From Amphiscolops sp. MND2022 (Eukaryota): a stretch of DNA of 64,000 nt. Shown here one piece after another: positions 21,822-36,095 of the stretch (the stretch's first letter is position 1; each line of letters starts with the position of its first letter). The stretch covers positions 36,084,001 through 36,148,000 of the forward strand of contig OZ076417.1 in the NCBI GenBank assembly GCA_964187785.1, read 5' to 3'. A program made the translations under genes and the position numbers. Below the pieces are notes generated by a model that was not told where the DNA came from, made no database searches, and saw nothing but the letters and a program-made list of their open reading frames with translations.

Positions 21822-24626
21822 AACTCATGATGTAATACAGTGGATATGACGCCAGCCCAGTGTTGGTAGGGTGCCAGGTCAGCTAGCCGACGATGTAATT
21901 GGCTGATAAAAAATGAGAGCAGCGGAATTAGCTGTGAATTGGAATTGAAGTGATTTGAAAGGAATTAGGGCTGCATAAAGTTCAAGAAATGAAACTTTTA
22001 AAAAGTGAAAATTCAATTTTCTATCTCTTAACATAATATTTAACGACCTTTTTGTTGTCAAATCGATATTTGATACGGATCTAACTTTTGATTTTGCTTA
22101 CTAGGGTTACATAATATTGAGAATGGTTTTTACTTATATGCAATCATAGTCAATCGTGTCGGTTAACTTTCGGTCGGCCGATTGCACCATCATCTAATGG
22201 GAGTCCAAATAATACGTCATTGCCGACTTACATTATAACAACGTTAATTTGTGTTGAGGTGCTATTTGAAATAGTTGACCGATTGAGTTTCGCCTCGTTT
22301 CAGAGGAACTAAAGTGAATAATTTTTAAGGACTCATTCCTTATTATGGCTGAGATATTTTCAAACTGGTTTTGGCCAAACTTCCTAATCTCCAAACTCCA
22401 TTTCCGCCTAATGAGGATGCGAATGTTATGTGCAGTTTTGAGTTTCTTCTCGAATTTCGGAGGAAAATATGTCCGGTGGAAATACTCCGGTCTCCTTGTT
22501 GTCTTTTTGTAACCCACTAATTGTAACTAAGTTGATACGAAATGGTACGGACGTTATATCTCAGACGATGTTCCCGCTCGCCACGATTAACGACCCAGCC
22601 ACCCACAAAAATTACTTTGTAATCTCAGAGGTGAAAATACAAAACATCTCCCGCACTATCATACATTTAATTTCAATTTTGTTACAATTAGTGTTCTACA
22701 AAGACCGTAGTTAACCTTGGTTTTTGATTGATGTGTTAGGAGAATTACATAAAAAGTAGAACATCTCGTTTTCAACAAACCAACCATCATTCGAACATTT
22801 TGGCGTTTCAAAATTGGTCGGCTACTGTCATTAGCGTGTTTTTAGTTTAACCAAATTGTAAAACTGATTCAAAGGTTTGCTAAATGATTTAATTCTTGGT
22901 ACATAAAGGTACTTTTCTTAGTTAAAATTAAATTGCTTTCAAATATTTGTTCTGAAAATTAATTTTAGTGTTCGATAGACGTTTGTTTTGTGTCTTGAGA
23001 TAGAATGAATAATAATCAAAGAACAAACATCTTTTAACCTCATCGATGAAGTTTGAGCGAATCCGGATATGTAAATATTTGATAGAACACCCCTGTTTCG
23101 TTTTTAAAAAAATTCGCCATGCTTTATTTTCATAACGCTAGATAAAAGTGCTCCTTCCATCAGAGTTTTGACACCGCTAATCAGCGGCCGCGCAGAATTT
23201 TTCAGCAATTTTTTTAGCGATTCAAATGAGCGGCATCAAATAGATAGTCCGAATTCGAAATTTCTGAGTATACACGAAGTTTCAAAATGAATTTCGAAAA
23301 ATTCCAACTTTTAATCTTGTAAAACCCACACAATATGAACAATTCTAGTCTGTCTTGCAAAAACTGAATTAGGAACTTCTAAATCATACTTGAAGTTAAA
23401 CATCTGATAATTTGCAGAAAGTTCTTCAACGGATATTAAAATGAACGGTTTAGCGATTAGCGACAAAAAGCGATGTCAAAGCCCTGCCGTCCATAGAATT
23501 CAACTACAAAATTTGGTGGTTTAAGTGTTCATATCTGGCATATGTGGTATCTAGAACTTCTCTGGCAAAGAAAGCTCGAAAATAATGCTAAACAGTTATA
23601 CTTAATTTTGAAGTTTTGGTACAAGTTTTGAGCGTTTTCGTTAGCACATAATTGAGTCTGCGTTTTCACTCGTATTTCTGAAAAGATCCGACTGTAGATT
23701 TTTGTCTTTCATGAAATGAAACAGAACGAAGATTCTTTTGGAGTTATTGTCCACCCTTATACAAAACACGTCCTCAATATTTCTCCGTCAAGATTTGACA
23801 TTTTTGGCTCATCATTCAAAATTTTCTCAAGCTGGTATTGATATTCAAAAGATCGCATTTTTGAGCCTTAAATGGTGCCAATCGCATCTTTCGTTTTATC
23901 AAACTTTCAAAGTTTTTAGATTTGGTTTTTCTTTTTAATTCGAGGTAAATGTGCTGTGTAGACCAGTTGCTTAGTTCTATAAGTTCCCGGGCAAGATGTC
24001 TTGGGTTCAGTTTCTGCAAAATCCGAACGCGTTTTTTTAGACACGTAAGGTTCCGTGTTTGTATTTTTATCATTTCTGCGATAGCTCAAGATGTCTACTT
24101 TTTTTCCAGTAAAATTTTCGTCGCGCTACTGAAAAATTCAGATATTTTGTTCGACAGTGACTATAAGCGTGAGAATTAAATTTCCCAAGCTGCCGACGAC
24201 AATTCAATCCTAGTGCGATTGAACGAGCGAGTGGTAATTATGCATTCTTACGCTCTGACGTCGAGATGAAGCGAGCAATATTCGTAATTATGCTTTCGTA
24301 CGCCGAGTTTTTGAGATGAAGCGAATGATTGTTAATTATTCGCTCGCCGAGAGCTTCGCCTGCATTCAAATGTGAATGCGAAACTTCGTCTACATTTAGT
24401 AGTTATATTTTCTTAGTCCGAGATTTAAAGGCGGTATAAACTAATACTGTGATTAATTGTGCGCTAAAACGATTAAACAGGAGTGTATTGGTATTCTAGA
24501 TATGATTATATTATTATTGAAAGATTAAAGCAGAAATAATTGTGTGCCCTGGTGGTGCCTCTTTTTGAAAACTGGAACTAGTTAATACTAATCGAAATTC
24601 ACTGTCAGCCCAGGCAATCTTTCGGA

Positions 24627-25059
24627 ATGCCTTAGAACAGAGAGCAGAAAGCTACAAAAGATCTCGCAATTCTGACATAATGACGAACTTGAAGGATTTG
24701 AATGTGATGCATGGACTTTATGATGGTGATATGTATGAAAGATAATCAGTGTCTAGGGAATTAGAAACGGATTTTAAATCAATTGTGCCCCCGAAGAGGC
24801 GAGAACTTACCCGTAGAAGAGTTCAATGCAATGGCTAACTCAATACTGTATAGAAAACAACGAGAGATTTCTAGAAAATTCTGGGATTTTGAGTGAAGAA
24901 CTTAGTAGCCAAATGACCCGAAAACTAGAAGAAATAACGACAAGCCTCAATTCCCATATTTTACAAGCAAATGACGCTGCAATTAGTGAAAAGGTAATTC
25001 CACAGCTCCAACTGAGCTTGGGAGTACTGGGATATGGTTCAAATGAAAAGATGGACTAA
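24627..25059 (+). pseudogene. Degenerate orphan ORF (repeat-borne), homologous to 42763-43317
   Basis: MP*NREQKA..RSRNSDIMTNLKDLNVMHG and LNSHILQANDAAISEKVIP match MPSTRKQKAREKRSKQSDVMSDIENLDVM*G and LNSHILDVINSAIEEKVIP. Confidence 0.55.
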
Positions 25060-25594
25060 ACATGGTACACTGGACTAAACACGAACCCCGAAGTCGAATT
25101 TGGCCACGGAACAATCCAGAATCGAAACAAGACTAGCTTTTATCAAAACACCTTGGGTTGTAATCAAAGGGAGTGCTCAGTTGACTCTCATAATTGCAAT
25201 AAGAGTCGCGACATTAGTACCTTTCTTATCAACGTTCAAGCACTGCTCTAACTTCTACACAACCGCATAAACGACTATTGCTTCAAGCGCTGATGAGGCC
25301 AAAAGAAATTGTTGAAAATAGATATGAGGCAGATTGTTGGTGATAGGAGGATGTGGTATGATGATCAGAATTTAATTGTTTTCATTGATGATTTTTATCA
25401 TCTTTCCATAATACACTTTCTGTAACTTTCTGTGAAATTTGCCGAAATGTTTGAAGCTCCTTGGAATGAGTTTTAAAAGCCATGATAATGAAAATAACAA
25501 AAGGCGCAGTGGCACTGTAATGTTTTTTTTACTGACAAATCACCAAATGCCCAAGTAAAAACACTTTTTTCTCAACTTAGACCCCGATAAAACA

Positions 25595-26842
25595 AACAAG
25601 CCGGGAACGGCCCAAGTTGGCGCCATATCTAAGGCTCAAAAATAGCAAAAGGACTTCAATGTGTCAGGTATTCTCTTCTACAAAACCCACGTGAGAAAAA
25701 AATAGAAAAAAAATTAAAATTTTTTTTGAAAATTTTTTTTGAATTTTTTTTGGTCCTCGGTAAGTCGCATAGTGCCGACAAATGTAAAAGGGGGCATTTG
25801 GGAGTTTTTGAACATCCATTCTTTGGAAAAATAGGAAAAAATGAAGGGGTATCCTTTGGAGACATTTGAAAAATTTGCTAAAAAAGTCTCACTAAGCCAA
25901 AAACAACTATTGTAAGCATTTGAAAAATATATATATATTTAAAAAGTATTCGGTTGAAGTCGCACAGTGCCGAAAAACCCAAAAAGAGGTCATTTAGGCC
26001 CATTAAACGTTTTTTACAAACCAAAAACTTCAAAAAAATGCAAGGGGTACCCTTTGATGATATTCGAAAACTTTCGAAAAAAGTCGAAGAGTGCCGAAAA
26101 AAACCCAAAGGGGGAACCCTTTGGTCTCACCTGCTGTACTTTTGGAAGCTTAAAAATATTATGGTTTAGTGCGAGAATCGAACCCCCGCTCTCCGGCTTC
26201 AGAAATTTAGTCGAAGATGAACAACAGAACAGATGAACAAATTGTAAAAAGTGGACCATTCAGAGTGAGATTGTAAGCTGAAAAAGAAAAACAAGACGAG
26301 AACGTCTAAAGTCGGCGCCATATCTAAGGCTCAAAAAGCGTAAAACACTTTTTTTGGAAAAAAATTGAAATTTTTGAAAAAAATTTTTTCTTTCAAAAGA
26401 AGTCGCATAGTGCCGAAAAATGTAAAAGGGGGGACCCTTCTGGATTTATTAACAAACATTCCGTTGCAAAATATCAAAAAACTCAAAGGGAGGACCCTTT
26501 GGGGACATTAAAAAATTTTCGAAAAAAAAGTCGCACAGTGCCGAAAAAAATCCAAAGGGGGGACCCTTGAGGCACGTCCGGTTTTGTAGGTTACGTTAAA
26601 AAAGTGAAAAATGAAAGGGGGGACCCTTTGGAGTAAAGTTTGCCTTGGGCGGACTTGGCCTCAGGTGCTCTGCTCAGGATTGTAAAAAGTGGACCGATCA
26701 GTGTGAGGATTGTAGTCTGAAGAAAAAAAAAGGTCACTGCTATAGTCGGGCATTTTTCCTTAAAAGGAAAACGCGCCGACTAAAAACTACCCACTGTAAT
26801 AGTCGGGCTTTTTTCCTTAAGGGAAAAGGCGCCGACTAAAAA
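25595..26842 (-). mobile_element. Family A Helentron-like element (two partial units in tandem)
   Basis: Terminus aacaagccgggaacggcccaagttggcgccatatctaagg; second aagtcggcgccatatctaagg near 26309; doubled terminal hairpins tagtcgggc...gcgccgacta (26741-26838); B-box-like segment near 26170. Confidence 0.6.
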
Positions 26843-29599
26843 TACCTAAAAATGGTTCCTTAGTGCTACCCGAGTCATTCACGCAACCCTTACAAACTCG
26901 CTCTCAAAAGCGACAGAAGCAACACTGTAACATTCGATTGCTAGCGCATTTCTTAGTAATAGCTGACCGGTGAAATCAAATTTTTCAAAAGCTATCCAAC
27001 ATGCTCAGTCAAACTGTGATTACAATTTTTACCATACAAATCCAAATATGAACATACTGTGATCATACTATGATGATCATTTTTACCATGATTATACTAT
27101 GGCATAGTATGGTTCGCCATTTTGATTATGGGGTTAACGTGGACAGAGTTGTCGGAAATTTGAGGAGTGGAATCGTCAACGCTGCTCGAATTTTGGACTT
27201 TGAGTTCTTTTGAGACTTTCAAGTCTAACTTCATTGAAGCTGACATAAATGCATTCATGGTGGTAAAACTCTGCTGTCCCTAATTGTTGAGGTTTTGATT
27301 GGTTCAGGTGGGAACTTAGGATGGTGGCAAGGTGTTGTGGTGTATGGGAAGTGTCAAGGTCTGGCGTTCAAATGTATCGCCCCTTCTAATTATCGTATCT
27401 AACCTAGACAGGTTACGTCACTATGTATAAGTATATTGACCCCTCTTATTAGGAGCCCTGCTTATTGTCTCTAAAAATTCATTCAGACCCCCTGGAATTA
27501 GTTCTAATCAGATCCCAAGAAATAACGCGCTTAACATTTCTAGATTTTTTTCAAAATAAATCTGTGGCTCACAATTTTTCAAGAATATAAAATTATAAAA
27601 TTATATTAGCAGAGAATGTGGTACCATTCAAAAAGTTACCATCCAAACTGCCATGACACACATGCATATGTTTACAAATTTGTACAATATGTTACTTGAA
27701 CGAATGGTATAAAAATAATTGAACTACGGAAGACCGATGGCATACGCTACTTTGTTGGCTTCCTTTTTGTGGACTTCGTCTATATTTATATGGGATGTAT
27801 ATAACTAATACTGCGTTTGAGAATATATACATCATAACACATAGCAACTATTTGACGCGACAATTTTATAGCCTCTTGAAAATTGTCTTTCCTAAGAATC
27901 TTCTTTTCTTGAATATATATTTTTTCATATCCACATGTGGAAGAGAAACATATCAATTGAATTCTGTTAGCTCAAATATTTGACACAACTGTAAAAATTG
28001 TATTACCGCCATACTTAGTTCAAAAATGAACAATCAAGATAAGTTTTGATTTTTTTCACTTTCTTGATCATAGTGACACAATTTTTGGATTTCAAAGTTC
28101 TGAAGCTCCCGATTTGCACTGAATTGTTGCAAAATACCGAATCTGCATAGTCCTGTCATAAAAGAATGGAACCCCTAATTGATATCAGTGGTGAAACGCT
28201 CCATTTTTTGCCCATATCTCTGAAACTATTGATTACAAAAAAATGCCTTCGATAAAAATTTCTTGAAATATAATCTAGTTTACATTCATATTTGAATTAC
28301 TTCACACGTTTTTATTAACGATTTGATTTTGTTTTCCCGAAGATGATTAATATTTCTGCATGTTGATTTTTAATCAATTTAATCTTGATTATAATCAGAA
28401 ATATGGTTAAAATATTTCAATCAAATCAAAAGCCAACGCTGACACTGATAGATGAACATTTACTGATAGCAATTAATTTCGAAAGTTTTCCATCTTTTTA
28501 AACTTTCTTTTCTGTCTTAAGGAATATTTATTTGTGTTGATAAGTAATTGGCGGATAACTGAATATGGCGGTTAATCGAGAGGGCTCTGTCCAATTCTAG
28601 CCCCTGTGAACTGCATGTACAACCAGTGGCTCAGCATGGGTCTCCATGGCAACACGAGTGAGGGAGGGGGCTCTTCTTTATGGAACACAATTAGTGGCTA
28701 CCAGAATTCTCACTGGATGGACTTTCTGTCTGCTTCGGACGGGGAAAATTCGGATAACAGGCAAGAAGATTGGAAGATTGAAATCTCACTTCTAATTTGA
28801 GAAAAAAAACTTTGGAATAAAAAAAGGTTCATTGTCATTTGATGATCGATACTGAATATTATCCGAATTTTCAAGAACTTGTCATCAAATTTGACGCGTG
28901 AAGTGGGCAAAATTTCTTTCTTGTGCAAAACAATAAAACTTTTTCAACTGAGATGTAAATTATACCAGGAGAGGTTTCAAAAAACACAAAAAAGCAGAGT
29001 TTATCTAAATTTAACAAGAATCATAAACTGTGGATGCTGAACAAGGTATATAAATTTAGGGGAACTTGGAAAAAACAATTGAGCTTTGTGGACGCTTTGG
29101 ATGACCCTTAATTGCAAAGACTGCGGAGGTTCTTGAGAAGGAAATATTTGTTCAGATCTGAGTCCCAATTGTGAAAGTAGGCATGTCAAACTCTTTAACC
29201 AATCATTTCAATCTATTTACCATGCAATCTTCTGTGTTGGTAGCAGCGATGCCTCTCAGAAACAGGCTCTTCAATTATTCGGACTTCTTATGATGTTTAT
29301 AAGCTCTTGTTTCTTCTTTGCTTGTATGTGGACTGAAATCAAACTTATGCACAAGATGACTTTCAGAAGTTACAACGAAATGAATTCAGTGAGAACCCAA
29401 TTGCTATTGCGCAACTGTGGAGTTTATTTTCTGCTGAAAGCTGTTATCCATGCAGCCGATATCTTACCATGTTTTTTAGGTGGTTGTTCAATCGGTCAAC
29501 CAATATAATCATCACATAAATCTAGTACTTTTGTTTATGCTTATCGATAGGATCGAACGGAGTTTGAAAATTCTTGGAATTCATGACAAGAATTTTGCA

Positions 29600-29970
29600 T
29601 TTTCGTGAAATCATTGATAAGAATCATGGCAAGATTCTGATCAAAAGCGCCAAGAATATTTTCGACCTTGCAAGATCTTGCCAAGAGTTTCAAGAGGAAA
29701 GCTAACAACTTTTTAAAATGAAAATAACCAAAAACGGCCATCAACTGCGGCTTGATCAGCGTACCTATTATGCCGCAGCCGTTCACACTAAAAATAATTT
29801 ATCACATCTTGAATTCAATCGTTTTGTCCTATAACCACCCAGTGTTTGAAACCATGGTATCCTTGCCAAGATCCATGGCAAGTTCTTTGGTAGCCTTGCC
29901 AAGATCTTGCCATGATCTTGATAAGGACGCAATGATTAACCATGTTTGTAGGATTTTGACCATGTTATGA
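29600..29970. repeat. Family B low-complexity repeat built of CAAGATCTTG and CCATGG palindromes (also 33230-33620, 36585-36890, 44450-44500)
   Basis: Recurrent ccttgccaagatccatggcaag / gccaagatcttgccatgatcttg motifs at four loci. Confidence 0.6.
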
Positions 29971-32448
29971 TTTATCTTTAAAGTTTGTACCTTCAGCAAG
30001 GTAGATTATTCGGATTTGATATCTGTGAAAGTAAAGATAACAGTAAGAACTTCAAGTACCGCGCCTTTTTGTTGAATGTCAATATAATTGTCTTTCGTCC
30101 CGTTGACAACCAAAATAAGCATTCTTAGCTGATATGAAGCGACCGCGCAACGTATTAATGCTATACGGCCGCCGCCATCACCTGAAACTATGTGTGAAAA
30201 TTTTAATCGGAAGAAAACTTTGACCTCGAATTACTCGGCAACTATTCCGAATATATGAAAAATTGAAACGTATAAATGTTCCTATTGGACCTGAATACGT
30301 GTTGAGTGAACGTCATTGAACTTTTGGGCAACGATTCCCTACAAAATATGAACTAGAAGTCACTTGGAACTATGGAAAAAATTTCAGTCAAAATACCAGT
30401 TAATACATGTGTTTGATAGTGAAAACTTCACAGTACACGGAAGAAGCCTTGAGTGCAGCTCACCAAAGCGTGTCAGAAAGCAAAAGGAACGAAATTGATT
30501 ACGCGCTGTGAGTGGCTGTACGCATAGCTAATAAGAAACGGCCGCCGCACACTTTGGAATTATCCCCTCTCCTAATGCAAATTAAAAGTCAAGACGCGAT
30601 TTTTCGGAAACGAAAAAAGATATCTACAAACAGTTTGCGAAAATCGATAGCACGTTCCAAGGAGAGCTTGAGTTGAAAATTTGAGCCACGTGCAATAATG
30701 AGAACTTGGCCGGGAGAGGCTTTGAAAATAAGTGCGTGTAAAGTTTCGACCAGTTTCTAAAAATGACTTTCCTTTGAACTTCTTGATCGCTACAAATGTC
30801 GAAAAAGGTTCGGGTATAGCTTAAACTAAAGATAAACAAGTTGTCTAACTTGTGATAAATGGAAAAATATTCAGTAATTTGTGAGATTAGCCAGCAAACG
30901 TTAAAAAGGCGCCCCAAATAGCGAAATGACTGTTTTTCGCGTGTTATCGCCTAGTACTTCACGTACAAGTGCACAATAGCCGCCCCTTTTGTAGCCTACG
31001 TGAGAATTGAAGTGAAGTAGTGAATGAAAGAATAAATAGAGCACTGCGGCGTGCTACCGAGAAACCCCAAGAATTGAATGTTGTGTTTTCGTTTTGCTAA
31101 TAGGATGTTCGACCTCCCAAAATGCTAACCCCCGCACGTTTTGGGCAAAATCGAGCTGAAACTTTCAGGGTAGACGCACAAGAGTATGGCGCACAGTGTG
31201 TAGTGGAAGCGTTTTTCCGAAAAGTGACCTGGTTTTGAGATATTTATCTCTGAAATTGAAGGTCAGGTCACCAAAACTTGAAAAATGACAGTTTCCAGAA
31301 AAAGTGCCAATTTTTGTTGCGAAGAGACCTCATCTATTGTGCACAACACTCCTATTGACTTGACTAGCGTTGTAAAAATATCCCACGCTGTACCCTTCAA
31401 CCTGATGGGGTACGAGCCCTCCAAAGATGAATGTTTTGCAATTGCCGATACCTGATTTCAAAATACTTTACTTTGAAGGCATTTTTCACCGTAGAGGCGT
31501 CAGAAGAGAAAAATAATTTTTTAAACATTTGCGTAGCTTTTGAAAGTTCTCTCCAGTGATATATTTTGTTTTGGCCCACGGTGATCGCAGCATTTAGTTA
31601 TGACCCTCAGATTGTGTCTGTCGAAAATCGACTTGTTCGGATGTAACTTAAAATCGTCTTTCAGGTCTTTGCAAGTTGTTGGGAATTCTTTCCTTCAACC
31701 ATAATCTGCTGGAGAGAGTTGTCAGGAGTCATGTGAGAAAAAGAGACCTAAAAAAGTGATAATGTCAATCATAGAGCCGAACTTGAAGTGTTTGCTAAAG
31801 TGGGAAAAATTGAGTCAGTGATACCTCCCCTTGAATCTGATTGGAAACGAAGTAAAAACACTAGTCATGATTGACAGAGAGGCAGAACCAGGCCCAATTA
31901 GTGATGAGAAAATGTAATTACGATGAATTTTTAGTACTGAAGTAGGAAAAACTGTCTTATTCAACACTTATTCAGGCACCCAAAAAGGAATGATGGCGAA
32001 ATACGAATACTTGAATAACTAAACTGCCGAAAAGGTAACATAAGCCAAAGGGAACTCAATTACGAAAGCGCACAAAGTGAGTCCAACTCCAGAAGACAGT
32101 TTACAACTTTACGGAGTCTTTACGTTCCGCATCAGGCACCGGATTATCAAGATTGCAGAAATACTTCGCTTGGCAGTTTAGCCCGTGCCTTCAGCCTAAC
32201 AACCTGAAGCAGCCAGAGTCGTTGCTACTCTGCCATACCCTAGTAAGAATTTTACGCAACAGCAGGGTGTTTACTGTTGGCCTATCCTCTCTACATGTAA
32301 TACGAGTTCAGTGGCCGTCGAAATCACTGATTGCTTCACTCCAGGACTGATAGAGACGAATTGCGACGAGTTGCTTTATTAGATACCTTGCAGACATCAC
32401 ACCCTATCCTCACGGACAACCTGTTCAACACCTTGCTGAAACCCTTGC

Positions 32449-32833
32449 TTTTTAGTCGGCGTTTTCGAAGAAAATCCCGACTCTTACAGTGGCTAGTTTT
32501 TTTTCGCCAGTTCAACGCGTAACGTCCACTTTTTGTGCATTAAGGCAATTAATGCACATTTACCAATTTTTACCATATTTACTTATTACTTCATTTTCAA
32601 CGCATCCAAAGCGTCTAACATGAGATAAAAAGCGTCCCCCCTTTTACATTTTTCGGCACTATGCGACTTACCGGAATTTCCGAAAAAAAATTAATTCAAA
32701 AAAAATTCGGAAATTTTTTTTCTCAATTTTTAGTTTTTTGAGAGCTTTTGTTGTCTCCAGTTGTAGAAAAAGTGGTTTTCGAGTCTTTTTGAGCCTTAGA
32801 TATGGCGCCGACTTGGGCCGTTCCCGGCTTGTT
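32449..32833 (+). mobile_element. Family A Helentron-like element (both ends present)
   Basis: 5' tttttagtcggcgttttcgaagaaaatcccgact hairpin; 3' ggcgccgacttgggccgttcccggcttgtt (subTIR plus GCCG-TTCC-CGGC stem-loop). Confidence 0.65.
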
Positions 32834-33229
32834 GATTGTTTGTGTTATATGCGTTCTAATTTTAGTTGTCGTGGTTGTGAAATTGTTTTTGTGTCTATTA
32901 ATCGTCTTACTTTAGTTTTGTGTATTAATTGATGTTCAAACTGCTTTTTTCTTCTCGAAAGGATTCCTTAAAACAGCCTAAGAGTAGTGAGACAATCCCC
33001 GGAAAAAGGGTGAAATAACAAAGATAGTTAAAGAGCGTGATTTCCTTGTCGCACTTACCTCCACTGTCTTCGATTGTATTGATTCTTCTCTGCCTTCGAA
33101 GTTAATAAAAATTTTTTGTAGATACTCAGCCAGTTCTTGTCTCGTGCATGATACCTCCGGGTTTTATTGAATTGTAATGGAGCTATTCGCAACAACTAGT
33201 TAAAGCTACTAAAAACTAAAAACCTTACA

Positions 33230-33620
33230 ATGTTCTTGCCAAGGGTTCCATGGTAGCAATTCCGTTTTTTGGTAACTCCCTGTTCGAAACCATGGCATCC
33301 TTGCAAGATCGATGTTTCCGCTCGTCGCTTTAGACGTTAGTCCCGTTTTGCATTTAGAAATTATTCCTTTGTCATTATTCCCGGTCCCCATGGTATTCCC
33401 GGCTTCCGCACATTCATAGACAGGCCTTCCAACTAGGGACTGAGAATTATGACAAACCATGGTTATCTTGTCAAGATCTTGCCATGATCTTGACAAGCGT
33501 TCCATGTATCATGATTTCCCATGATCTTCATAAGGGTACCATGGTTAGCCATGATTTAGCAAGATTAACCATAATCATGGCAAGCGTTCCATGGCTTCGA
33601 ACACTGGGCAGCATGTCAAA
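33230..33620. repeat. Family B palindromic-motif repeat
   Basis: Same caagatcttg and ccatgg motifs as 29600-29970. Confidence 0.55.
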
Positions 33621-34029
33621 AATGATGGTAGCTGATAGTGCGAACAGTAGCGAAGTAATTGAAAACCTTAATTTGGTTTGAATGATATGTCCGAAATGTC
33701 CCATTAATGTTTCACCAAGCGTCTGCGACAAGAGTTTTGTTTGTATTAGAAATTACTTTTGTATGAAGATACAAGACACTCCGCCTAAATGGACTTTATC
33801 GATGTAAAAAATCCTAAAAAAACGTCGTCTCCAAACAACGTGGCTATTCAGTTTCAACTTTGCTTCTTGAGCACAGTATGTTAACAGTTTGTGATCTCTC
33901 TTCAGATGGAACATTCAAGGGGAGTGTTTTTCGATTGCACATTTTGTAAGAAATGTGCCCGACTAAAGCACTGACAATGTTTTCTCTTTTTCTCATTGAT
34001 TTCTCCCAAGACTATAGAATGTATTTGAA

Positions 34030-34580
34030 GTAGTTAGGATGCCGCCAGTAGTTAGGATGTGCGCTTCTCAAGCAGACGGTCGTCGATTCGTGCCCGACGA
34101 AGGCTAAAGAGAAGTTAATTTCCCCATTACCGCGGGGTGGACGCCGAATAAGCAGTTCTGCTTTTCTAAGTCGGCGCCCTTTCGGATACTATCTCCCCAT
34201 AGCAAGCTATGGTACCATATTTGCAGCCAAGTGGTGAAGCGATGGTAGACTTGAAGCTGTGGTTTCAAAGTAACTTGCTCAAGGTCACAAAGGTCCCAAC
34301 TGCTCATCGTTGCTCTTTTTGTTTTGCTTTTCTCCGCCAATTGCGTTATTTTTTGTCATTGACCATACCACTAAGCTAGGGATGAAGGACTTGCTTAAGG
34401 ACCAACAATGGTGAGTTGAGAGAGATTCGAACCTGATACCGCCCCAGTACAGGCCGAATGCTCTAACCACTACGCCATGCTCCCCGCCACCACTACGCCA
34501 TGCTCCCCGCTACCACTACGCCATGCTCCCCGCAACCACTACGCCATGCTCCCCGCAACCACTACGCCATGCTCCCCGCT
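34030..34580 (-). mobile_element. tRNA-derived SINE with a 5x tandem A-box at its 5' end
   Basis: Minus strand: (agcggggagcatggcgtagtggt)x5, then tagagca...ggttcgaatc (A and B boxes), a central GTGACCTTGAGCAAGTTACT motif, and a tail with a duplicated catcctaactac. Confidence 0.7.
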
Positions 34581-36095
34581 AAACATCTTTGTTGGCAAAT
34601 CTTGACGTATCAAAGTGTCTTTTTGAATTTTTCAGTACTGTGAGACTTTTCCTTGATATTTTCTCATTTGATCGAAGGGTTTTTCTTCGGTTTTCCCGGT
34701 TTCAATTTCCAAAAAGACGTTTTTCAAGAGTAAAGCTAACCATCTTTGGTTTTGATGATTCATTGTGCGACCTTTCGATTTTTTTCCAAGCAGTTTGTTT
34801 TTTAACTGGTTTTCATTAACTCTGGGTGTTTTTGCAAAGTTATGAATTTCTCATAAACGACACCATGATCACATTGATACTGCGCGTTTTGAAGCGCGTT
34901 TGAGACAGCGTACTCTGGGAAGCACTTGTTTTGCGCAAAGAAAGATCATTGATATAAATCAAAAATGTCCCAAGATTGAATCCTGCGGCACACCTGTTGT
35001 AATTTTAAACAATCCAAAATTTGGTCACAAGTTTATGCTACATGATTCTTTAAATATGTTTAAACTATTTCAGTTTGAATTCAAGTCTGAGTGAAATAGT
35101 CATAATTTTGTCAAGTGAAAATGACTGAATTATGAAAACCAACTGTATGTAAACATTGCCTGTCGGCAAATTCCACAATGGAATAAGAATAAGGAATTAA
35201 ATAATTAATTAAATAAGGAATTTCAAGAATTAAATAATTGAAACAGTCTCTCAAAATTTCATTTCCAATTCAAGGAAGACCCACCAATTGAGCGACCACT
35301 TTCTGAATTTATTTAGCCAATCAACTTTTTGTGCAAAAGTTTCTCGCAATTTTCTTGAGCTTCTCCTACTTAGCTTACTTCTTTCTGAGATTAATTCGAT
35401 TACGTAACTGGCAGAAAGAGACTCGTCCTGAAAAATTTGGGTTGTCTCTCGGCTGCCAATCAAGCAGTGAGTCTAGCATCACGAGCACTTCTATTCCTCG
35501 TCAGCCAATCAAATGCTTATGCTTGCCCATATTCATCACAGGGTTGTTGTTCGTGGCTTCTAGTAACAAGGGTTGGAAAATAATTGTAACTTCTTTGGAA
35601 ACTGAAAAATGACTACTTAAACGTTTTCGATGAAACTTCGGTGTTTCTTCGATGATTTCGAATAGATAATTCGATAATTATGAACTCTTCAACACAAAAA
35701 GTTTTTTCCCAAAAGGTATTTGGTGATCAGTAGGTAGAGTGGGCCCGCTCAGATTTGTGAATTTGTGAACGCCTCATTTAGTAATAAACACCCGGAATAT
35801 TTTTTGCTTGCAACTATGGGTCGCTAGTAAATGTGATAATGTGGTTTGGATTACAAATGACATGGTACTTGCGTGACTTCTGGTGAGTACTTCCCAAAAT
35901 TTTGAATAAGAATTTTCTAGAATGCTCGGGTTCACATTTTATAAGAATCACCAATCTTTTTTTATATATCGAACGTTAGCAGATATTTAGCATATATAAA
36001 TAAATTGAATGTATTTTTTATTGCGAGAAAAAGTCTTTAGCCACAAGAAATCAACAAGCTGAATCAAAATTTTGAGAACTTCCCATTTTTGTCAA

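Noticed and set aside
23600-24180. Protein-like minus-strand fragments as a transposase remnant
   Set aside because: Several stops and no diagnostic motif.
28590-28800. GC-richer patch with a 64-aa ORF as an exon
   Set aside because: No convincing splice-site pair or recognisable motif, and I could not link it to a gene.
34466-34580. 23-nt repeats resembling a CRISPR array
   Set aside because: The units are contiguous with no unique spacers, the context is eukaryotic, and they are copies of a SINE A-box region.
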